Shown: positions 1 through 6,532 of the stretch, one piece after another
Position numbering within the stretch: the first letter of the stretch is position 1
How the letters are laid out: each line of letters begins with the position of its first letter
Assembly: GCA_038826135.1 (NCBI GenBank)
Contig: JAWBON010000045.1
Span: 1-9,578 of the forward strand
Source of the DNA: Candidatus Odinarchaeota archaeon
Lineage (GTDB): Archaea > Asgardarchaeota > Odinarchaeia > Odinarchaeales > Odinarchaeaceae
Length of the DNA stretch: 9,578 bases
Direction of reading: 5' to 3'
Program-made: the position numbers and the translations under genes
The notes under the pieces: generated by a model
What the model was told of the DNA's origin: nothing
The model's input: only the letters and a program-made list of their open reading frames with translations
The model's database searches: none

Positions 1-159
1 ATCGCCGGCGCACTTGAAAAAAACGAGTATCTGGACACGATAAAAAGAGCAGGATTCAAAGATGTTAAGATAGTCTTTGAATCAACTTACAACATAGATA
101 TTTCTCAAGAATTAAAGGGAAAAATAGCGAGTATCCAAGTCGAAGCCCGCAAAAACTAA
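1..159 (+). CDS. arsM: 3' end (partial, 52 aa) of probable arsenite S-adenosylmethionine methyltransferase
   Basis: Frame 1 reads IAGALEKNEYLDTIKRAGFKDVKIVFESTYNIDISQELKGKIASIQVEARKN-stop (TAA 157-159). This resembles the ArsM C-terminus ((C)IAGAL..EEYL..I..AGF.D..I ... S..VEA.K). The start lies outside the window and the ORF is absent from the ORF track. Confidence 0.72.
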   Translation: MAGALEKNEYLDTIKRAGFKDVKIVFESTYNIDISQELKGKIASIQVEARKN

Positions 160-289
160 GGCTTGTTCGGCGGAAGTGAAAATCCTATTCACCTCTCAAA
201 GACTTTCTAAAAACAAAAGTCAAATGGAAATAATAGTGACTCCTCCCACAAAAAGAAGCCCAAGCGGTAGTCGAAAAACGAAAACTGTA

Positions 290-381
290 TGGCGGGCCCT
301 GCAGGATTTGAACCTGCGACCTCCGGTTTTCTTCTACACTATCCGAAGACCAGCGCCATATCCGGGCTAGGCTAAGGGCCC
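290..381 (-). tRNA. tRNA-Arg(TCG) with 14-nt canonical (37/38) intron at 329-342 and encoded CCA
   Basis: Reverse complement folds as acceptor GGGCCCT/AGGGCCC, discriminator G, CCA; anticodon stem CTGGT/ACCGG; loop CT-TCG-G^A (anticodon at 344-346); T-arm GCAGG-TTCAAAT-CCTGC. Intron ATAGTGTAGAAGAA forms a BHB motif with a CTTC/GAAG central helix and bulges GG^A and AA^A. Confidence 0.96.
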
Positions 382-636
382 GATACTATATTTTATTAAA
401 TAAACCCTTCTCACTGTTTCTTTCAAACAAAACTTCTCTTTTATTCTGTTTGTATGTGGCTTTATTAAATATTATTACTCAAATTGGATTGCTAATTGTT
501 TTATCAGCCGGGGATTCTCTTTTTATTGCTGAATATTGTTGTGTAGTCTAGCAGAAAATTTCTTTTTCAATCTTTAGATAATTTTTTAAAACTTATTATG
601 TAATATGTTACTGTTTAACATTGTGAAAATTTAAAT

Positions 637-758
637 GCGGCTGTGGTCTAGTCTGGTCTAGGACCCAGGCCCCCCATTCCCTATCGCTGGAGGGGTGAGC
701 CTGGAACGCGAGATAGTCTTAAACAGCTACGCGGATTCAAATCCCGCCAGCCGCACCA
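637..758 (+). tRNA. tRNA-Gly(CCC) with two introns (677-697 at 37/38; 713-735 at 53/54) and encoded CCA
   Basis: Acceptor GCGGCTG/CAGCCGC, discriminator A, CCA at 756-758; D-stem GTCT/GGAC; anticodon stem CAGGC/GCCTG, anticodon CCC at 673-675; 4-nt variable loop GAAC; T-loop TTCAAAT at 736-742. Both insertions form bulge-helix-bulge-like motifs, and removing them gives a 78-nt cloverleaf. Confidence 0.9.
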
Positions 759-805
759 TTAAATTATGTTAACCATAATCCATTAACAGCTTAGAGGTAT
801 TCTGC

Positions 806-1690
806 TTGGGTAATTCTAATAAGATATTTGAAAATTCTCTTTTCGAAAAATGCCCTAACTGTGGTGATAATATTTATCATGGTAGAGTAAACGATCAATG
901 CGGTATGATATTCTATTATAAAGTAAAATTGAATTTTGAAGAAAAAAATATGTTAAAATACAGGATAGGGGAGGAAGGAGTTAGAATAGGTTATCCTATA
1001 GCTGATACATTTAATCAAGCTATGCTCTGTAGAAGCTGCCTGTTAATTTTCTTTAGAATTAACCAATATCGTCCATTAGGTAAAAACATAACTCGGATAT
1101 TTAACATGAATCTTAAACAATTACAAGGAAAAATTAAGCTACTTGCCAAGGAACCCTTAGCTTTCAAAAAATGTCCTCTATGTAATAACATGTTAGACAC
1201 AGGGTATATTACTGATTACCCTCCTGGCGGGGTTATGCCTGGTACGATGTTTCATATGAATCTACACGTTCAATCTAATAATAAAAGAAAATATGAGCCT
1301 ATCATAATCGCGGAGGATTTCTATCAAAACTTTTTCGAAGCATATATGTGTAATTCCTGTCTTATAGTCATTGCCTTCGTGGAGAAATTTAAACCGTTAT
1401 ATGAGGATTTCTGGGACAGGTTTGAAAGACCTTCTAGAAGAGTTGTAATCGCTTTAGAAGAACGGATTAAAAAATTAGATGATGAATTTCATGAAATAGA
1501 ACGTTTAAACTCTAATAAAGAAAGTGTTGAAGAAAATTTTTCGGATAAGCTTCCATATGAATATCTTTCCTCCATAAAATCTTTTCTTGATCCTGTTGAC
1601 TTTTATCAGTTTTGTCCTAATTGCGGTGTTGAAAACAGTTCTAAGCACGCGGTATGCAGGAAATGCGGTGCTCATCTACAAGGCCTATAA
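806..1690 (+). CDS. Hypothetical protein with six CxxC motifs: two tandem zinc-ribbon-like repeats plus a C-terminal double zinc ribbon (paralog A)
   Basis: 294-aa ORF with TTG start and GAGGT SD-like motif at 794-798. Motifs CPNC...CRSC, CPLC...CNSC, CPNC...CRKC. Clear homology to the adjacent ORF 1727-2821. Confidence 0.88.
   Translation: MGNSNKIFENSLFEKCPNCGDNIYHGRVNDQCGMIFYYKVKLNFEEKNMLKYRIGEEGVRIGYPIADTFNQAMLCRSCLLIFFRINQYRPLGKNITRIFNMNLKQLQGKIKLLAKEPLAFKKCPLCNNMLDTGYITDYPPGGVMPGTMFHMNLHVQSNNKRKYEPIIIAEDFYQNFFEAYMCNSCLIVIAFVEKFKPLYEDFWDRFERPSRRVVIALEERIKKLDDEFHEIERLNSNKESVEENFSDKLPYEYLSSIKSFLDPVDFYQFCPNCGVENSSKHAVCRKCGAHLQGL
1546..1679 (+). repeat. Copy 1 of a near-identical direct repeat shared by the 3' ends of the two paralogs
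   Basis: 1546-1569 is identical to 2674-2697 (24 nt). 1603-1665 is identical to 2731-2793 (63 nt). 1603-1679 vs 2731-2807 has only 2 mismatches in 77 nt. Confidence 0.95.
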
Positions 1691-1726
1691 CCTTAAAAAT
1701 TATTTAACTCCTTTAAATAATAATTA

Positions 1727-2821
1727 TTGGAGGCGGTAGATAAATTGGAAAGAGAACTTAAAATATACGAGGTTGACGACTTCGCTAAGTGTCCTAATTG
1801 CGGCGGTGAGATTTATAGAGGGAGGTTGAATTGCAGATGGGGGATGATATTCTATTACAGGTTAAAGCATGATCTCCTGCTTGATAAAAAAGGTCGACCT
1901 GTTATTATCGAGGAGAATGTTCGAATAGGTAACCCTGTTAAAAGCAGGTTTGAGCAAGCCGCTGTATGCAGACACTGCCTGTTCCTATTTTTTAAGGCTA
2001 TTAATTACGAACCGCTTAGAAAAGGTTTCGAAGAGCGTTTTAATAAGACTCGGAAGGAGCTTTACAAGAAGGCTGTGGAGGAGTCTAAGAAACCTTTAAA
2101 CTTCGATAAGTGTCCGGTTTGCGGTAATAGAGTTGATAGAGGATATTTGCTGGATAATCCGCCTGGAGGATGTACTCCCGGGTTAGTCTTCTATATGCGT
2201 TTAGATAAGCCGGTGGGGAAGAGAAAAGAGGAGCCTATTATTGTAGCGGAAGACTTCTTAGGCCATTTCTATGAAGCATATTTCTGTGATTCTTGTTTCA
2301 CCGCTATAGGTAGAATTGAAAAATTTCTACCTTTTTTGGAAGACTTCTGGGATCGTTTTGAAACTCCTTCTAAAGCCACTGTTATTAAACTTGAAAAGCG
2401 GATCCAGAGAATGGATCAATTAGAGAATCTTAATGTTCAAGGAGTAAATGAGAGTAGAGAAGAGCTTGATATTAAAGAGGATGATGAGCCCCCTGTCAGC
2501 GTGGCTGACGAGGTTGCTGAAGATAAAGAGTTAGATTCAGTTCTTGAAGATATTGAAATCGGGGGCCTCGAGGAAGAGTCGTCGTTTAATAACCGAGCTC
2601 AGGAGGGGAAAGGCGGGTCATCTGTTGAAACAGTTGGTGAAGCGCCCGAGGGTGAAGACTTCGAGGTAGAGCCTAAGCTTCCATATGAATATCTTTCTTC
2701 TGTAAAATCATATCTTGAATTACCTGATCGTTATCAGTTTTGTCCTAATTGCGGTGTTGAAAACAGTTCTAAGCACGCGGTATGCAGGAAATGTGGTGCT
2801 CACCTACCGCCTATCAAATAG
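1727..2821 (+). CDS. Hypothetical protein with six CxxC motifs and an acidic linker (paralog B)
   Basis: 364-aa ORF with TTG start (exact start uncertain). Motifs CPNC...CRHC, CPVC...CDSC, CPNC...CRKC. Colinear with 806-1690 apart from a longer acidic linker. The 3' end overlaps the convergent PIN-ATPase gene by 8 nt. Confidence 0.88.
   Translation: MEAVDKLERELKIYEVDDFAKCPNCGGEIYRGRLNCRWGMIFYYRLKHDLLLDKKGRPVIIEENVRIGNPVKSRFEQAAVCRHCLFLFFKAINYEPLRKGFEERFNKTRKELYKKAVEESKKPLNFDKCPVCGNRVDRGYLLDNPPGGCTPGLVFYMRLDKPVGKRKEEPIIVAEDFLGHFYEAYFCDSCFTAIGRIEKFLPFLEDFWDRFETPSKATVIKLEKRIQRMDQLENLNVQGVNESREELDIKEDDEPPVSVADEVAEDKELDSVLEDIEIGGLEEESSFNNRAQEGKGGSSVETVGEAPEGEDFEVEPKLPYEYLSSVKSYLELPDRYQFCPNCGVENSSKHAVCRKCGAHLPPIK
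2674..2807 (+). repeat. Copy 2 of the near-identical direct repeat (offset 1128 nt from copy 1)
   Basis: Direct comparison with 1546-1679, as described for copy 1. Confidence 0.95.
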
Positions 2822-4433
2822 GCTGCGCATATATTTCATAACCGTTTTCGAGAGCTTCAATAATTTTTTTACCCATGTTAGAATTCTTCCTAATGACAGA
2901 GTAGCCTTTCTGGTTGACAGTGGCCTCGAATGCAGCTTCATCCTCTATATAGAATTTCAGTCTTCTATTAGATAACTCCGGGCTCACGTATATTCTGAAA
3001 GTTTTCTTCAGATGTCTGACTTTAACCTTCACTTTCTCCTTTAATGTTTTATAAGAAGAAGATTGTCTCTGTTCTCTGGGTGAGAGTAAAGGTATGACTA
3101 CAACCTCCTCTCCGTAACTGTATATCTCATACTCTAATCGATTTGTCTCAAAATCTCTAACCTCTATAACAGGTCTGGCTAAATCGGCTTGAACCATACC
3201 GGAGGGGATTTTAACAGTCATATTGATAGCGTAAACTTTTCTAACAATCCCCTCTTCTATAAATATTATAGTGTCTAGAACTCTGCTGATTAAGCCTAAT
3301 TCGATTCTGCCTATAAATCTTTGAAGCGCGTCTATAGGCTGGCTTGCATGGACCACCCCTATCATGTTAACTCCGCTGAACCTTAAATCCGCGTATATTT
3401 TAAAATCGTTAGTTTTACGCATTTCATCGTAGATGACATAGTCCGGTCTTACAAGAAGAAGTATGTCTGCTGTTTTCTCCATATTTCCGCTTAAAGGCGA
3501 GTACTGGGTAACATCCGGGCCTACTTGCAGGTCTCTGGGGCTCTCCATGGTTTTCACAATTTTACCTTTACTGGCGTAGTATTCAGCTAAAGCTGCGCTG
3601 AACGTGCTTTTGCCAGCTCCAGGAGGCCCGGCTATAAGAATTCCCTCCGCTCTTTTCTCAAGCCGCTCCTCTAGTTTACTGGATAAATTATATTCTTTAA
3701 GGCTTACTTTAACTATAGGCCTGACGGCTGTGATCTCCAAGCCGTCTGAAAAAGGCGGTCTAGCTATAACTATTCTCATATTGCTTAACTGGACAACTGT
3801 GGCAGCGGGCTCATCTATTTCAATAAAGCTGTCTTTCTCTTTCAAAGCTCTTTCATATATCTGTGCCGCTATCTCTCGTAGAAGCTCACCCTCTACCGGT
3901 TTCTCCGATATATCGACCAGTCTCCAACTACCCGGTTCACCTTTTTTAGCCCTAGGCGGCACACCCTCACGGAGATGAATTGACATAGTTTCTGTGTCAA
4001 AGAATTTTTCTATATCTAATTTTAAGGTTTTAGCTGGCTTAGCTATGTAGTTGACTCTCACTCCCTTAATCTCCGCTATATCCGCCTGTACTCGATCACT
4101 TGTATATAGTTCAGCTGAATTATCCTCAGCGCATTTGATTATTATCTCGTCAAGTTCCCCGCCTGGGCCTAGCTTAATTTCATCTAATGTTGGTCGTGTG
4201 CCGGTCACTTCAATTGCTATATCCCCTCTATTGGAGAATTCTCTCAGTTTTTTTAATTCTGCTAATCCTGAAAAACCAGCCGGCTTATGTAAATTCGCCT
4301 GTCTCTCTATCTCAGCTATTACAGCGTTGGGTATAATTATCTTGCAACCTTTTAACTCTCCTTTCTCTATGCTCTGGGAGAGATAACCGTATATTATTAG
4401 GCTAGTATCGGGTACTATATTTTTAGAAATCAA
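2814..4433 (-). CDS. PIN-domain ATPase (PINc/VapC family ATPase, PINA-like)
   Basis: N-terminal PIN domain ([17 protein letters not shown]), then a PilT/VirB11-like ATPase with Walker [10 protein letters not shown], Walker B YVIYDEMR and GVVHA. The TTG start overlaps the hisS TGA stop (TTGA at 4430-4433). Confidence 0.9.
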   Translation of the reverse strand: MISKNIVPDTSLIIYGYLSQSIEKGELKGCKIIIPNAVIAEIERQANLHKPAGFSGLAELKKLREFSNRGDIAIEVTGTRPTLDEIKLGPGGELDEIIIKCAEDNSAELYTSDRVQADIAEIKGVRVNYIAKPAKTLKLDIEKFFDTETMSIHLREGVPPRAKKGEPGSWRLVDISEKPVEGELLREIAAQIYERALKEKDSFIEIDEPAATVVQLSNMRIVIARPPFSDGLEITAVRPIVKVSLKEYNLSSKLEERLEKRAEGILIAGPPGAGKSTFSAALAEYYASKGKIVKTMESPRDLQVGPDVTQYSPLSGNMEKTADILLLVRPDYVIYDEMRKTNDFKIYADLRFSGVNMIGVVHASQPIDALQRFIGRIELGLISRVLDTIIFIEEGIVRKVYAINMTVKIPSGMVQADLARPVIEVRDFETNRLEYEIYSYGEEVVVIPLLSPREQRQSSSYKTLKEKVKVKVRHLKKTFRIYVSPELSNRRLKFYIEDEAAFEATVNQKGYSVIRKNSNMGKKIIEALENGYEIYAQPI

Positions 4434-5737
4434 CCCGCGTCCACCATTGGCTTTAATATTTTCGTGATATCTTCAATATTTATGGTATACTGTTCACCGC
4501 TATCAAGGTTTTTAATAGTTATTTTGCTCTCTCTTATCTCTTTTTCCCCTATGAATATTATAAAATTATAATTATTGTTAACAGCGTAGGTTAACGCTCT
4601 TTTAATGTTTCTTCTAAGTATTTCAACCTCTGTTTTATAGCCGAGGTTTCTTACCGCACTTGCTATGTTAAAACTGTAGGGTATTACTTCAGAGGTTAAA
4701 GGCGCGATTAATATTTTCTTCTCCACTGTTTTGTTAAACAGGTTTTTCTCCACCATAGCTAGTATTAACCGATCTAAGCCAGCTGCAAAGCCAACCGCGG
4801 GTGTTCTTTCCCCCCCGAATAACTCCACAAGTTTATCGTATCTCCCCCCTCCACCAACTGCGATGTCAAGTCCTTCGACGAAGATTTCGAATATAAGACC
4901 TGTATAGTATTCTAATCCTCTAGCAAGGCTCATGTCAAACTCGACTTTTTTAATAACATCTAATTTTGATAGCATCTGGATTAGTGTAGAAAACCTTTTC
5001 ACTCTCTCTAGGATTTCAGGGTAAGCGTAGAATAATGTGTTCAAATGCTCCAGTAACCTATTGTAATCGCTGCCTTTTATTTTCAAAAGTTCCTGAAATA
5101 TTTTAACTGAATCATCTGGAATATTATTCTCCTTCATGATTTCATCAACTTTCGCCATCTCTTTCTTATCTAATAATCCTAATATCGTATCCTGTAGGTT
5201 TTCCTTCACATTTATAGAATTGAATAAACCTCTAAGTATTCCTATATCGCCTATTTTTATCTTAAACTCTGTGAAGCCGAGTTTTATCATCAAATCATAT
5301 GCTATATTAAGGATTTCAATATCGCTCTCAGGGTACTCTGAACCGAATAGTTCAAATCCAGCCTGCCAGAACTCTCTATATCTTCCCCTCTGCGGATTAT
5401 CATATCTGTAACATGTTCCTATATATCCGAGTCTAACCGGTTTCGGAGCACCTCTCATAAGATTTTCTATATATAATCTTGCTATCGGCGCTGTCATCTC
5501 AGGGCGTAAAGCTAATAACCGCCCGGCCTTATCCTCGAAAACATACATTTTCTCCCTTATCTCATCACCCGCCTTACATGAAACTAAATCAAACGACTCG
5601 ACTATGGGTGTTGAAACCTCATCGTAATTATACCTGTAATACAGGTCTCTAACTATGCTGTTAACATAGTTTAGTCTCCATCTATCCTCTTTTAAATAAT
5701 CCTTCATTCCCCTAACTGTTCTAAATGATTTACTCAT
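4430..5737 (-). CDS. hisS: Histidine--tRNA ligase
   Basis: Class II HisRS motifs: RGMKD, LALRPEMTAPIAR, YRYDNPQRGRYREFWQ, RGLEYYTG, GGGRYDKL, PAVGFAAGLDRL. The C-terminal anticodon-binding domain is present, arguing against HisZ. GGTGG SD-like motif upstream. Confidence 0.97.
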   Translation of the reverse strand: MSKSFRTVRGMKDYLKEDRWRLNYVNSIVRDLYYRYNYDEVSTPIVESFDLVSCKAGDEIREKMYVFEDKAGRLLALRPEMTAPIARLYIENLMRGAPKPVRLGYIGTCYRYDNPQRGRYREFWQAGFELFGSEYPESDIEILNIAYDLMIKLGFTEFKIKIGDIGILRGLFNSINVKENLQDTILGLLDKKEMAKVDEIMKENNIPDDSVKIFQELLKIKGSDYNRLLEHLNTLFYAYPEILERVKRFSTLIQMLSKLDVIKKVEFDMSLARGLEYYTGLIFEIFVEGLDIAVGGGGRYDKLVELFGGERTPAVGFAAGLDRLILAMVEKNLFNKTVEKKILIAPLTSEVIPYSFNIASAVRNLGYKTEVEILRRNIKRALTYAVNNNYNFIIFIGEKEIRESKITIKNLDSGEQYTINIEDITKILKPMVDAG

Positions 5738-5799
5738 CTAAACCACCAGGCTGAAAAATACTTGTTTCAAGTAGAATAATACATAGTTAAAAACTCTTT

Positions 5800-6357
5800 T
5801 TATAGTTCAACCTCTGAAACAAAATAATATGTTGCTTCTCCTTGACGGTCAACTACAGCGAGCGCTGTCTTCTTTCTTGAACTAGCTCCTATTGAAACAA
5901 TTCTCTCCAAATCGCTTAATGCTAAGGGTACACCCTCCTCTATAACGTATACTAAATATTTTGAAGCCTCCTCGTTCGGAACCGCCCCCCTATCGTAAAC
6001 TCTGAAATCCATGTCTCCCTCATACCCTAATCCCACAGTATAACCTCTACTGCGGAGATCCCTGTATACAATGTATTTCGTCCATATTTTCCGATCCCTC
6101 TTCAAATATATGGTTAGCAGTTTCTTAAAATCAATCGGTTTCCTGTCAGCGTCAATAATTTTTATTCTCCCCCGCTCTAATAGCAGAAGAGCCTCTAAAT
6201 TTGTTAAATATAAGACGCCGTTTTCAAAACAACCGTAATACCCTTTATTATAGATTTCAGTCTTCCTCTCATCGAATATTCTAACCGAGCCATTTTCATC
6301 TATAACCGCTTCAACAGGCTCAGCTTCAACCTCTGTTTCAATCTCATCCTCGCTCAT
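5800..6357 (-). CDS. endA: tRNA-intron (splicing) endonuclease family protein, probably a non-catalytic structural subunit
   Basis: EndA motifs: YYG, LTNLEALLL, KYIVYRDLRSRGY, DFRVYDRG, YLV, RKK, AVVD..GE.TYY. The catalytic Tyr and His positions carry G and A. GGGGAT SD-like motif upstream. Confidence 0.9.
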   Translation of the reverse strand: MSEDEIETEVEAEPVEAVIDENGSVRIFDERKTEIYNKGYYGCFENGVLYLTNLEALLLLERGRIKIIDADRKPIDFKKLLTIYLKRDRKIWTKYIVYRDLRSRGYTVGLGYEGDMDFRVYDRGAVPNEEASKYLVYVIEEGVPLALSDLERIVSIGASSRKKTALAVVDRQGEATYYFVSEVEL

Positions 6358-6532
6358 TTTAATCCCCTTTTATACAGGATTTTTAGGATATTTTCATGAG
6401 GATCCTAAAAAACGCGCTGTAAAACATGATATAAGCAACTATTTAAATAAAGGTTATCCAGCAACAATAATAATACTCACTTAGATTTTTAAGCCTAACA
6501 TTCCGGATATGAAAATGAAAAATCGATTATAA

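Noticed and set aside
176-370. 64-aa ORF on + strand
   Set aside because: Overlaps tRNA-Arg antisense, has a weak start and no recognisable motif; most likely spurious.
1015-1200. 61-aa minus-strand ORF
   Set aside because: Antisense shadow inside paralog A, whose frame is supported by homology to paralog B.
1603-2807. Paralog 3' repeats as a diversity-generating retroelement TR/VR pair
   Set aside because: The two differences are synonymous C/T changes, not adenine-specific; both copies are coding; no reverse transcriptase is in the window.
2715-2975. 86-aa + strand ORF
   Set aside because: Out-of-frame overlap with paralog B and antisense to the PIN-ATPase; no motif support.
3604-5411. 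Plus-strand ORFs 3604-3978, 4051-4386 and 5136-5411
   Set aside because: Antisense shadows of the PIN-ATPase and hisS, with Ser/Ile/Leu-rich composition typical of reverse frames.
4430-5737. Alternative call as HisZ (ATP-PRT regulatory subunit)
   Set aside because: It is full length, with an anticodon-binding domain and intact HisRS catalytic motifs.
5759-5773. Palindrome TACTTG-TTT-CAAGTA upstream of hisS
   Set aside because: Only 6-bp arms with no independent support.
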